Below are positions 1-12,103 of a stretch of DNA of 64,000 bases, piece by piece. Made by a program: the position numbers and the translations under genes. Each line of letters begins with the position of its first letter. The stretch's first letter is position 1. The stretch spans positions 50,220,001 to 50,284,000 of the forward strand of contig OX597819.1 in assembly GCA_951406725.2 (NCBI GenBank), written 5' to 3'. Below the pieces are notes generated by a model that worked only from the letters and a program-made list of their open reading frames with translations, did no database searches and had not been told where the DNA came from. Source of the stretch: Octopus vulgaris (Eukaryota).

Positions 1-334
1 CACACATTTTCAGCATTGCAAGATTTGGAGTTATTTTTGTCAGAATAGAGCTGTCTTCAAGAATCCAAGTAATGCTATGTATTGAAGAATAGCCATAGAT
101 GCTGGTCATGTTGTTGTTCTTGTTGTTTGCTGCTACTGTTGTTGTTGTTGTTACATACTTTTTTTATTTTGACGTCACTTTGCTTCTGAAGTTGGTCAGT
201 CATAAATTCCCTCGGGAATTTTAAGCCCAGCTTCATCACTTTTATTTATTTATTTATTTTTGTTCTTTGTTTTTGCTTTGAAACGAAATCTAGCTTCAAG
301 CATCTTATACAGATAATTTTTGAGACACTATTTT

Positions 335-443
335 CTGAAAGTGGTAAAATTATGTAGGGGGGTGCAAATTTTGATCTTGCACCATCTGAAAATTCCAAGG
401 GGTGCAGGTGCACCCGCTGCACCCCCTGTTCCCGAGCCCTTGC
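335..443 (-). mobile_element. Probable hAT-type DNA transposon terminus
   Basis: Minus strand starts CAAGGGCTCGGGAACAGGGGGTGCAGCGGGTGCACCTGCACCCC, with repeated GGGTGCA subterminal motifs typical of hAT ends. The other end is not seen. Confidence 0.35.
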
Positions 444-1074
444 AGACACGTGACTTCAGTTCATTAGATCCTACAATGCCTTAGGATAGGACCTAATGAA
501 CTGTATCGAACCGGACCTTGTACTGCTTTTAAGATAAAATTCAGAATCCAACAGAATGAAATATGAACGTGAAACACGAGCATGGCTGGAATTTCAATCC
601 GCAACGCCATTGTTAATTAGCTGAACAGTGCCGCAGTTTGTAATTGCATAGCTAAATGATTAACAAATTGAAAAATTGCTAACACTGGGTGAAGTTCAGC
701 AATTTTTCTTAAATTAATTAAACTAAAATGTTGTAATTGGATTTTGAATAAATTGTAAGATTAATTGTTAAAGACTCGTCTTTTATGGTTGTATAATTTT
801 CGAAAAATTTTTCCAGTGAAAAACTTGTTTTATAACTAAAGATATATATTTTTTTATTGGTAAAGATTATAGGGATTTCGGGGCGAGTATAAGGGGAAAT
901 AATATCAGAGAATGGAAAAAGGTTTAGCAATGACTGCCCTGAACATTATAATTAATCATATCAGGCCTTCTATGAGATCTTGTAACCAAGATGCAACAGA
1001 GCGTTTTCGTTTCAGGCAGATTCCAATTTATAAATGCTTCACTTTAATCATGGCGTCAACGAAACGATAAGGGA

Positions 1075-1131
1075 GCATACACATACATACATACATACAT
1101 ACATACATACATACATACATACATACATACA

Positions 1132-1163
<32 letters not shown>

Positions 1164-1263
1164 CACACACACATATATACATGCCTACATACATTCACAC
1201 ACACAAATATGTATATTCTTTTATGTTTCGGGCCTAAGGGTGTGGCCATGCTGGGGCATATGT

Positions 1264-1312
<49 letters not shown>

Positions 1313-1475
1313 TGGATACATGGTTACATTCATTCATATCTATATATATATACACTCTCATACATAAATGCATGCATATATACATATACTCACACGCACA
1401 AATATATATATATTCTTTTATATGTTTCAGCCCTAAAGGTGTGGCCATGCTGGGGCATATGTGTGTGTGTATACA

Positions 1476-1520
<45 letters not shown>

Positions 1521-1599
1521 GCTCATACATAAATGCATGCATATATACATGCACAACATACATACATACATACATACATACATACATACATACATACAC
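1075..1599. repeat. (ACAT)n/(CA)n/(TA)n microsatellite block containing a ~195-bp tandem duplication with a SINE-B tail stub
   Basis: TATATTCTTTTA..TGTTTC..GTGTGGCCATGCTGGGGCATATGTGT occurs at ~1212 and ~1409; CATACATAAATGCATGCATATATACAT at ~1358 and ~1524. Confidence 0.85.
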
Positions 1600-2978
1600 A
1601 TTTTCAAGAAAGGGAGCCGCGAAGACCCGCTTAACTACCGACCGGTTCCCTTACATCAATTATCAGCAAGATGTTCGAAACCATCCTTAAGAAAAGTATG
1701 ATGCTCCACCTCCTAAACACAGCCTCTATCTCTGATTCCCAACACGGCTTCGTGCCGAAGAGATCATGCTTGACCAACCTACTAGTAATGGAAGAATTGG
1801 TGACGCGCATCCTCGATGATAGTGATGCTGTTGACATCGTTTTACTGGACTTTGCCAAAGCTTTTGACTCGGTAAACCACCGCCTATTGCTTGTCAAGCT
1901 TCAAGCATATAGTTTCCATCCGGATATTGTACGATGGGTTGGTGCCTTCCTCTCAGATCGCTCCTTCCAAGTCCAAGTTAATGGTTCGCGGTCCGACGTC
2001 TCCAGTGCGAGCAGTGGCGTGCCTCAAGGTTCAGTGCTTGGGCCCTTGTTGTTCTTAGTCTTCATAAATGACTTGCCCGACGACCTCACGCAACACACCC
2101 TTCTATTTGCCGACGATATCAAACTGGTCGCTCCTCGCAGTAATATAGAGGATCTTCGTCGATGCCTCCACCAAATTTGGAAGTGGTCTAACAATTGGGA
2201 CCTGTGTCTGAACGTGTCAAAGTGCTGTCATCTGCCTGTCGGCTCTACTCCTGCAACTCAACTTGATTTCGAGCCGGGTCGTCTGCTGCTGGAGAGGACC
2301 GATCAGGTAAAGGACCTAGGTATCTTGGTGGATTCCTCCTTTTTGCGTTCGGCCCAGTGCGTCCATGCTGCCAACAAAGCACGCGGAATTCTGTTCTTGA
2401 TTCGACGGTCATTCGGAATGCTCACAGCAGCCATATTCCTACCACTCTATGTCATGCTGGTGAGACCCATATTGGAGTATGGGATTCAAGCCTCTTCTCC
2501 TTATCTCCTCAAAGACATACAGCATCTCGAAAGAGTCCAGAAGCTGGCTACCCGCATGGTTCATGGTCTCAAAAATTTGTCCTACGAAGAAAGGCTGAGG
2601 ACGCTCGACCTTTATTCTCTTGAAAAACGCCGCCGCCGTGGTGATCTCATTCTCGCCCACAACATCATAAGCGGAAAGTGTAACCTCTCGAAAGAGCTGT
2701 TCTTCACTCCTGCTCCAGAGCGTCGGCTGCGGGGTCATTCCGAAAAGCTCTACCTGCGACGATTTCATCTCAATCGAAGGAGAGGAGCTTTCTCCGTCCG
2801 GGTTGCGGATCCGTGGAACAAGCTGCCAGACGAAGATGCCGACGACCGCTTTGTTCAAAGCCTCCCTTGACCTCAAGTGGCCTGAACTCTTTACATGAAC
2901 ACCACCCTGTACTTAAATCCATGTCCCCCCACATGGCCTTGCTATTTGCTTTTGAGCCAAATTAACTAACTAACTAAC
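1600..2978 (+). mobile_element. 5'-truncated CR1-group LINE (RT region, 3' UTR, (TAAC)n tail)
   Basis: FKKGSREDPLNYRPV frameshifts into ORF 1671..2870, which carries QHGF, DFAKAFD, GVPQGSVLGP, FADD and the C-terminal RGH..KL / FSVRVADPWNKLP motifs. Ends in TAACTAACTAACTAAC (2963-2978). Confidence 0.93.
1671..2870 (+). pseudogene. Reverse transcriptase portion of LINE ORF2 (truncated, frameshifted at both ends)
   Basis: Non-LTR RT motifs in the ORF-track translation; no endonuclease domain. Confidence 0.9.
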
Positions 2979-3190
2979 ATGAACTTGTGACCACTGTATC
3001 ACGTCACATTTAGAAAGATCCTGTTTGCAATTTAAGAGCAGTAAATAGGTACAAAATATTTCATAAACGAATGAGACAGCGAAACCCTTAAAATCCGAAG
3101 ATGTAACCCAAATGTCCTCCTTGGTGACTCGAGCAGCTTGAAAAAGGGGCTAAGTCTCCCTCAAAACACGGAAACTGACAGATCCGCTAG

Positions 3191-3322
3191 CAAATCGGAC
3201 AGATGGAACTACTCAACACGGCTATTTAAGAGAAAAGACCTAATCGTCAGCATGGAGTTCTTCTGCTGCACGACAACGCCCGCCCTCATATCGCCAATAT
3301 GACCAAGGAAGCCATTCAAACG
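3191..3322 (+). mobile_element. Mariner transposase fragment (second catalytic Asp region)
   Basis: Translates QIGQMELLNTAI*EKRPNRQHGVLLLHDNARPHIANMTKEAIQT; HDNARPH is the mariner motif. One in-frame stop. Confidence 0.85.
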
Positions 3323-4696
3323 TATTGAAACATATGATCCCGTTTTCTTTCCACGAAGAAATTGCATATGAAAAGGAAGAGTTTACATTTGTCTATTACA
3401 AATAGCGTTAGCTAAAATCTACAGATATATTATATTGCTTAATGTAGCTTTGAAACAAAACAATGGTAATGTACAACTAATTTAATCATAGAGCCAGATG
3501 TCGAGAATGCGTTATAGTATGCTAATCGGTTTATGTGTTTTATATAAGCTTTTAATAATATTAAGTTCATAAGCAATGTTTCAGTTAAAGAGGTTACAGA
3601 GTTGCTGATGAAATTTTAACACAGTCCAATTGATCTCCCATTTACTGTTCATGAAACTGCTGTATATAGAGACAGTATCTATATTCGTCGAAATATAGAG
3701 TTTTGGCTAAAATCTCTCTCTATATATACTCTGTATAGGCTCTCTTGACGAAAGAGTTGGTCATACTACAATACCCGTAAACGATTTCACCATCTTACTA
3801 GGTAGCACCACCAGCCAAGCAGAGAGCTAGAATGTAATTTGACCTGTTCCCTCAAGGCATACCATATCATCATTAATAATCGAAGACACATTGAACAAGA
3901 TAGTTCTAGATAAACTATCTTTGTTTTAATTGCTATGTCTAGAGGAAGGGCAGTGCGCACGACATTCGCAGGCCCTCCAAGACAGATGAACTCAATGTCG
4001 CTAATGTTCCCTTGAAGTAGTTGTTGTGCAACACCTTTAGGAAAGATATTGTATAGGAGAAGAAGATTCCATGGAGTTAATATTCCAAGGAAGGGAGGAC
4101 TGGATGTAATGATTAATGCGGGATTAAAAAAAAATGGAGGAACGCCTTTGGTCATAGGCCTGTTGTATCTAAGGTGACTTGGAACTACGTCGTTTCTTTA
4201 TAAATGAAACTGAGATCAATAAAAGAGAGATCCGTGTGGTATTTATATCTGCAGTGAAGATGTCTTTGTTAACAACAGAAGCCCCCCGACCACCACCACC
4301 GAAAATTTTTTTTTTAAAAACACATGTATATCTTACCGCTATTTATGTTTGCCTCTCTTCATCTGGTGGCCGGCTTGTGTCTCTGTCTTTTCTTTCTGAA
4401 CATGTCTGCTTCATCTCTTTGATTTTATGGGAACGTGGAATGGCTGCTACAGACAAGACTCTATTATTCTGTCTGTCTATTTATTTAGCAACCATCTTAT
4501 TCTTACTGCCTCTGACAGCTTACAACTGTGACTCTCTTTTGCCGAGACAAATGCAAATACAAGTAAATATTTGTCGCCGTGGAACATAAAAATTAGTTGC
4601 CGAAAAAGAATGACAAACAGAAAGGAAATATAATACGGTGTATACCAATTTACTACGTACAGCGAAGACATGCGTGAAAAGGACAATGTACTAGAA

Positions 4697-4757
<61 letters not shown>

Positions 4758-5054
4758 ATTAATCAATATAGGGTGGCAAAAAAATTTTGTAGAATTCTTT
4801 TGCCACCAGCGGCCTAGTGGGAAAAATTAAATAGTCATAAACCATTTTTAGTTCAACATATCAAGGAACGGCCATAATATATCACCCACTAGAAATACTT
4901 TAATGCAAAATAATATCAATGCAAAACCAGGAGAAAAATTAAAAAATAACAGGGTAAATGTTTTTTAATTTTCTCCTGGTTTACGGAATATGTTATGTTA
5001 GCTTTTGGCTGTTATTTCTAGTGGGTGAATGGCCTATTATGGCCGTTCCTTGAT
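4758..5054. repeat. Foldback segment between two (TA)n tracts
   Basis: Hairpin 4772-4807 (GGTGGCAAAA...TTTTGCCACC). Inverted repeat 4861-5053 with matching blocks TCAAGGAACGGCCATAAT, CACCCACTAGAAATA and AAACCAGGAGAAAA. Confidence 0.8.
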
Positions 5055-5095
<41 letters not shown>

Positions 5096-5184
5096 TTTGA
5101 TACTTTGATACTTTGATAGGTTTCGGCCATTATTGGCCCAGGCCATGTCTAACTTAATAGCACCACCTGGTGAAGTCTTTCAAG

Positions 5185-6575
5185 TCAGAATTTGGGCACT
5201 ATGGCCCACTCAAGTAGAGAGTTATTGTTTACAGAGACATATCCGGGTGTAGGGGGTTTATCCGGGATTTCTTGAAGGAATCTGTCCAAAGACTTCTTGA
5301 ACCCTATAGGGTCAGTTTCTGTTTTAATGTGTTTTGGTGTAATGTTAAAGAGAGCGGGGCCAATTGAGGTGAAATAATTGTGCCGTATTGTTGTTATGAG
5401 ATGAGAGTGCGATTTTTGTTTTGGGCGGATGGCACGGGGCCCAAGCCTTGGATGTACCTTAAAGGTGATGCCAACATCATTTGGGCAATGCTGATGGAAT
5501 ATTTTCCACATCATGCAGATGATGTAGCGCTCACGACGACGTTGGAGAGAATAGAGTTTTAGCTTTTCTAGTCGACCCCAATAGTCGAGGCCTGTCATGC
5601 CATCTATCTTTTTTGTGATTGCCCTTTGAGGTGCTTCGACTTTTTTGATACCTTGTATTGTGTGGGGAGACCACAGTGGACAACAGTATTCAAGGTGGGG
5701 TCGGGCAAAAGTGGAGAAGAGAAGGATAATGGTGTGGATATCTCTCGACTGGAAAGTTCTGAGAATCCAGGAACACATTCTGCGGGCCATGTCAACTTTG
5801 GTGTTTATATGAGTGGCCCAGCTTACGTTGTTGTCCACAATTACTCCCAAGTCTCTGATGTTGTTGGACGCCGCGAGAGTTTCACCTGAAGGAAGGGAGT
5901 ATGGGAGTTTCAGGACATCCTCTTTTCCAAAGTGGATTAGCTCAAATTTATCCTCGTTCAGCAGCATATTGTTTTTTTCTGCCCATTGGATAACAGCCAG
6001 TAGATCTGACTGAAGGCATGTCCGGTCACTCGCCTCATTTATGACCTTCTGTAGCTTGGAGTCATCTGCAAAGATTTTTATGTTGCTGTGCTTGATGATG
6101 TCATTAATGTCATTAATGTAAATGATGAAAAGAAGTGGGCCCAGCACAGTGCCTTGCGGAACGCCACTACTGACTTTGACTGGGCTTGATTTTACCCCTT
6201 CAACTACAACATGTTGAGATCTGTCTGTCAGGAAACACTTAATCCATTTCAGTAACTTTCCAGAGACACCAATGTTGGATAGTTTTTTCAATAGGATCTT
6301 GTGATCGACCCTGTCGAAGGCCTTACTGAAATCAAGGTAGATGACATCGGTGTTGGAGCCCTCTCCCAAAGCTCTCAAAATGTCCTCAAAGTGATGCAGG
6401 AGCTGCGTTAGGCAGTCCCTTCCATTACGGAACCCATGTTGGTTGGAGATCAGCCGTCTGTTGCTTTCCAGAAATTGGGTTATTTGAGATCTCACCACCC
6501 TCTCAAATACCTTGATGATATGAGAGGTGAGTGAGATCGGACGGTAATTCACTGCAAGGGACTTGTTTCCCTTTT
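5185..6575 (-). CDS. LINE ORF2 C-terminal half: reverse transcriptase
   Basis: KGNKSLAVNYRPISLTS, QHGFR, DFSKAFD, GVPQGTVLGP, FADD; open to the stop at 5185. Confidence 0.9.
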
Positions 6576-8219
6576 GAAAACTGGGACAACAGACTGGGAC
6601 AGAAGGTGTTTTGGAATATAGCCAGCATCCAGTGAGTTTCTCCACAGATTAGCAAGGGGAGATGCAAGTTGGTGTCGACACACCTTCAGGACACAAGCAG
6701 GGAACCTATCGGGGCCTACTGCTGAATTGTGTTTTATTTCGTTTATCGCCGCTAAGACATCAGGGGCACTAAACGTTATGTCCGATATAGTGTGTTGGGG
6801 GTTGACATCACTGATACAGCCCAGATCGGCCATATCAGGATTGCTGAAAACAGAGCAGTATTGTTTCTGCAGTATCTCGGCCATGGATTTGGCATTATCT
6901 TGGAGAGTGCCAGTTTCGTCAATTAGAGGGCCTACAGTGGAGACAGTGACCCTGCGTTTCCTCGCAAATGAAAAGAACACTTTGGGGTTGAGTTTGATTT
7001 TTTCAATGGCCCACTTCTCCTCAGCTGATCTTTGGTTATTGATGAGGGACTTCATGCATTGTTGGAGGTTATATTTTTTGGATTCAAGCAGTGCGATAGC
7101 CGTCGAATGTGTGTGTTGCTGTTGGCAGTACTTTAGTTTGTTAATTTTTTTGTTTGTTCTTTTTATTTTTCTGATAATGGTTTTTCTGTTTTGGGGGATT
7201 CTGCACTTTTTGTTCACAGGTCTTGGTGGGGAGTGTTTTGCACATATGTCTGTGACGGTGTCTACAAAGATCTGCCAAGATGTTTTATGGTTGGTGGAGA
7301 TGTGTGTATGTGTAAAGGACCAGTCAACATTTGATAGCTCGTTCCTGATTGCATCCCAGTTGGCTTTATGGAGATCCATGTTGTCAAATGGGTGGGCTGG
7401 AGGAAGGTCACTAGGATTAGCTTTCGGCTGGTGGAATTTCATGTTACAGAGAACCATGTCATGGTCTGAAAGAAGGGTTTTTTCCATTGTAACGTTATGT
7501 ATAGTGTTAGTGTGGTTACTAAACACTAGGTCCAAAATGTTCTGATGTCTTGTTGGTGCAAGGACAAGTTGGGACAAGAAAAACTCATTCGTAAAGTCGA
7601 AAAGTGACTCTGCTGCTTCTTTGTCAGCGGTTGAGGCGGGAGTGCTTGGTTTCAAACAGTTTGTAGTCCAGTCAACACAGGGTAGATTGAAGTCTCCCAT
7701 CATGAGTATGTTGCTAGAATGGCACTGTTGAATAAAGCACTTAATGCTGTTGAGGCATTCTTTAAAGCACAGTATGGGTGTTTGGGGCGGCCTATAGAGC
7801 CCAATTACTGTCAGATCATTGGCTTTGTTGTGCACGGTGACTGATTCACAGTAGCCGTTGGAGAATATACTATTTCCATCTGCCGTAAATGAATCATGCA
7901 GGAAAATGGCAGTTCCACCCTTCCTCCTGCCGATACGATCCGCGCGGATGGTTGTGAAATTCTTCACTCTCACTTCGGCTTCCAAGTGGGAGTTGTCAAT
8001 GTGGGTCTCAGTGAGAATGAAGAAAGGGATGTGGTGTGAATGGTTACCAACCCAGTCTTCAATGAATTGGACCTTCCATTTTTGTGCATTGATGGAAGGG
8101 CTGACACCTTGTGCATTGAGTAGGAATGTGGAGGTTAGTGTAGTGGCTGGTTTTGACTGTTGCAGGGGGCTTGGATTTTTTGTGTGTGTTAGTGGCAGCA
8201 ATGTGGGGAATTGGTGCAC
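6549..8219 (-). CDS. LINE ORF2 N-terminal half: apurinic-like endonuclease plus linker
   Basis: Motifs LNAQG, LTETH, YRPP, GDFN, LDLV, SDH, then AVGPD. The true start codon is uncertain; continues into the RT frame at ~6572. Confidence 0.88.
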   Translation of the reverse strand: MHQFPTLLPLTHTKNPSPLQQSKPATTLTSTFLLNAQGVSPSINAQKWKVQFIEDWVGNHSHHIPFFILTETHIDNSHLEAEVRVKNFTTIRADRIGRRKGGTAIFLHDSFTADGNSIFSNGYCESVTVHNKANDLTVIGLYRPPQTPILCFKECLNSIKCFIQQCHSSNILMMGDFNLPCVDWTTNCLKPSTPASTADKEAAESLFDFTNEFFLSQLVLAPTRHQNILDLVFSNHTNTIHNVTMEKTLLSDHDMVLCNMKFHQPKANPSDLPPAHPFDNMDLHKANWDAIRNELSNVDWSFTHTHISTNHKTSWQIFVDTVTDICAKHSPPRPVNKKCRIPQNRKTIIRKIKRTNKKINKLKYCQQQHTHSTAIALLESKKYNLQQCMKSLINNQRSAEEKWAIEKIKLNPKVFFSFARKRRVTVSTVGPLIDETGTLQDNAKSMAEILQKQYCSVFSNPDMADLGCISDVNPQHTISDITFSAPDVLAAINEIKHNSAVGPDRFPACVLKVCRHQLASPLANLWRNSLDAGYIPKHLLSQSVVPVFKRETSPLQ

Positions 8220-8378
8220 TGGGGTAATAGCATAGGATGGTGTTGAGTGATGGCTAGAATGTTTTTGTGTATCTCTTTTGCCATGTTCAACATGGCTAAA
8301 GAATTTTCCTGCTTAGGGAGCAGTTTTTGGCTGGAGGTGTGGTTGCACTGTTGGATATATATATATATGGTGTGTTTC

Positions 8379-8483
<105 letters not shown>

Positions 8484-8549
8484 TTTATATATATATATAT
8501 ACGCGCACACACACATATACATCTCCTTCTCTCTCTCTCTCTGGATATA

Positions 8550-8591
<42 letters not shown>

Positions 8592-8739
8592 CACACACAC
8601 ATATATATATGTAAGTACATCTATATTTATATAGGTTTTCGCGTGTGTGTGCTTGTGTGCGTGTGTGTATGTGTGCGTGTTTGAGCGCGCGCATGTCACG
8701 TACATGTGTATGTATTTCAGTTATAAAAGTATTTAGCAA

Positions 8740-8788
<49 letters not shown>

Positions 8789-8790
<2 letters not shown>

Positions 8791-10923
8791 GAGTAGTGAC
8801 ATCCAAGTACCGTCCTGGATGACAAAAGGAAGAACGATACTATGCCAGAAGGATCCAAGTAAAGGGAATGCGGTTGGAAATTTCCGACCAATATCTTGTT
8901 TGCCACTGATGTGGAAATGAATGACGGTCATCATATCAAAATGCATCTATAAGTACCTAGATGACAACGACCTACTACCAGTGGAACAAAAGGGATGTAG
9001 ACCTAAGAGCAGAGGAATGAAGGATCAATTACTAATCGATAAGACTATCTTGGCTGACTGCAAGAAGAGACACAAATTTGGCGATGGCATGGGTGGACTA
9101 CAAGAAAGCATAAGACATGGTCCCACACTCGTGGATTATTGAATGCCACAAACTGCTTTAGGTCTCCAACAATACCCTGAAATTAATACAAAACTCAATG
9201 GCAACGTGGCGAACTGAACTCACAGCATGGGGAGATAAGCTGGGAGAGGTAAATATCAAAAGAGGAATCTTTCAAAGGGACAATCTGTTGTCTCTACTAT
9301 TTGTTGTCTGCATACTGCCACTAACCAGCGTTTTAAGAGAGATGCATGTGGGACACATGCTTGGCAGGGTGAAAATAAACAGCTTGTGGTTTATGGATGA
9401 CCTAATGCTATTTGCTAAGACTGAGAAAGAAATTGAGAGTTTGACGACAACTGTGCAGATGATTAGCAAAAATATTGGCATGGAATTTGGGATCGAGAAA
9501 TATGGTGTAAGGATTTTCAAAAGGGTGGAAACCAGTAAAAGCCATGAGATCAAGCTGGAAAGTGGCGAAACTATAAAGGACGTCGGAGAGGAAGGATATA
9601 AGTACCTGAGTATCACTGAAAGAGATAAGATGAATGAACACATGATGAAAGAAATGTACAGGAAAGAGTATTTGAGGAGAACTCTGCTTGTGCTTCAATT
9701 GAAGCTAAATGGCCGCTATACGATTAGAGCGATTAACATACGGGCGGTTACTTTGATGAGATATGGGACAGGAATGGTATCTTAGAAGGAGAATGAATTA
9801 CAAGAGATAGACTGGGGAACACGTAAATTAATGACAATGAGCAAGGAACTACACTCCAAGAGTGATGTGTCAAGATTGTATGTAAAGAGGAAAGAAGGAG
9901 GAAGGAGTTTGGTGTGTTGTGAAGGTTGTGTAAGGGAAAAGGAGAATAGCCTGGCTTGGTATGTCAAGAGGAGTAAAAAAGAAATAATTGAAGCAGTGAA
10001 AATGCAGGAAACTTTAAAGTGAACGAAACCGTAGAACCAACACGATTCAAGAAAGACCAGAGAGCTGATGGAGAAAATTTGGCAGGACAAGAAAATGCAC
10101 AGTCAGTTCTTGAAGAATAAAGATGAGATTGACTGGAATAGAACCTGGCAATGGCTGCAGAAGGGAGACTTAAAAGGGCCCACCGAGGCATTAGTGTGCA
10201 GCACTCAAGAACAAGCTCTCAGAACACGCTACTACAAAGATCACATTGATAAAAGCACTGACTCGCCACAGTGTAGGATGTGCTCTGAGAAGGGTGAGAG
10301 TATAAGCCATATTGTTAGTGAGTGCTGTAAGCTGGCACAACGCGAATACAAAAGGAGACACGACAATGTGGCCAGATATGTCCTCTGATTGTTGTGCAAA
10401 CCTCGAGAGAGCCGAACAATGGTATGAACACAATCCAGAGGGAGTAATGGAAGACGAACATTACAAAATGCTCTGGGATTTTAACATACAGTGTGACCAA
10501 GTCAGAGAGTCGAGATGGCCAGATATCGTGATCATCCATAAAGATGAAAAAGAAACTAAGATAATAGATGTTGCAATACCAGGCGATTTGAGGGTGAAAT
10601 GTAAGGAAACAGAAAAGAGTGAGAAATACCAGCTACTGCGGGACGAGATAGGAAAGTTATGGGGCACGAGGAAAGTAATGGTGATATCGGCGGAAATTGG
10701 AGCGTTAGGAGCAGTTTCCAAGGGATTTGAAAAACATATCGGAGCTGCTGTCAGGCTCGAAGGGATCGAGAAGACAACATTTTTGAGAACAGCTCGCATT
10801 CTAAAGAGAGTATTGTCTCTTTGAGTCACCGGAGAAGGCACTACTTGAAACCTTTGGTGATTTGTTATTGTCTGCTTTCAAGTAAAGAACAACCGGTAAT
10901 TAAAAACTATCCGAGAGTCTTTC
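8789..10923 (+). mobile_element. Decayed 5'-truncated R4/Dong-type (RLE) LINE inserted in (TAA)n
   Basis: [23 protein letters not shown] knuckle CRMC..HIVSEC, RHDNV, and PD..D..K endonuclease (WPDIVI..IIDVAIP..EKY). Several stops and frameshifts. (AAT)n at 8739-8788 and 10924-10999. Confidence 0.92.
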
Positions 10924-10931
10924 ATAATAAC

Positions 10932-10978
<47 letters not shown>

Positions 10979-11120
10979 TAATAATAATAATAATAATAAA
11001 CTTGTAGTAATTGAGCAATTCTAACTAATGTAAAATAGTTTTTCTTTTGGAAAACAAAATACAAAGGAAGGTGTAAGAAACAAAGAGGAAAAGAAAGAAG
11101 AAAGCAAGAAAAGCAATGTG

Positions 11121-11185
<65 letters not shown>

Positions 11186-11814
11186 TGTGTATGTATATAT
11201 CTGGAATTTAGTAAGTTTGAAGGATATATTTAACGTTATGACTTATTTTCCTCCTTAATGAAGCTCTGAAAGCTTCCTGTGTTGGCAAGAAGAATCATCT
11301 AATAGTCATATACCGGAAGCGTATTATTTATAGCGTTCATGTTTCTCTGGCTCATGCTATCGTTGTCTGAATATTCACATCTATCTATCTGTCTAAGCAT
11401 CTGTCTGTGTGTCTGTCTACATAGAACTTAGACCTCAAAGAAAATATCATTCGATTGATTGTTTTCTAATTTTGGTACAGGACCAGAGATTTTTGGGAAG
11501 AAAGTGGTTAGTTAATACCATTGGTACTGACTGGTAGTGATTGGTATTTTATCGACCCTCACTGGTACTGATAGGTATGTTATCGACCCTAATGGTAGGA
11601 TGAAAGATGCCACCGCCATCACTGCCACCACGACTACCGACCCCATCGCCAGCCTCGGTTACGACCTCGCTGCTCCCGCTCCGATCCTGTCGCCGACCCT
11701 AGCCACCGACATCCGCCCATATCAACAGCCTCACCGCCACTACGCTAAGCATTTTGCTTGGCGTGCCAACGATTCTGCTTGTTCGCCGTCTAAAACGCTG
11801 GAATAAATATCAAT

Positions 11815-12027
11815 TTCAAATTTTGACACAAAGCCAGCAACTTCGGAAGAGGAGATAAGTCGATTATATCGACCCCAGTGCTCAACTGGTACTTGTTTTA
11901 TCGACACCGAAAGGATAAAAAGCAGAGTCAGCGTTGGCGCAATTTGAACTCAGAAAGGCAAAGACGGATGAAATGCTGCTAAGCATTTTGCCCAGCGTGC
12001 TAACGATTCTGCCAGTGCGACGCCTTA
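11815..12027 (-). mobile_element. tRNA-derived SINE family A
   Basis: Reverse-complement homologue of 12104-12333. Confidence 0.8.
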
Positions 12028-12103
12028 AGCACCGGAGTAAATGTTGTAAAGATGTTCATCGTGGTGAATGGCCGTAGTGGAAGCTGCTGCTGTGTTGTCG
12101 GTA

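Larger units (their letters stand above)
5093..8353 (-). mobile_element. CR1-group LINE with full ORF2, 5'-truncated upstream of ORF2, 8-bp tandem tail, flanked by (TA)n
   Basis: APE and RT ORFs as listed below. Tail (TATCAAAG)x3 at 5093-5118 on the minus strand. (TA)n abuts both ends. Confidence 0.95.

Noticed and set aside
3787-4686. ORFs of 122, 136 and 69 aa as host exons
   Set aside because: No recognisable motifs and no convincing splice structure.
6565-6585. Programmed -1 frameshift joining APE and RT
   Set aside because: No in-frame X XXY YYZ slippery heptamer, and LINE ORF2 is normally a single frame. A 1-bp deletion or sequencing error is simpler.
6727-8235. Plus-strand ORFs of 272 and 125 aa
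   Set aside because: Antisense shadows of the LINE ORF2; no domain motifs.
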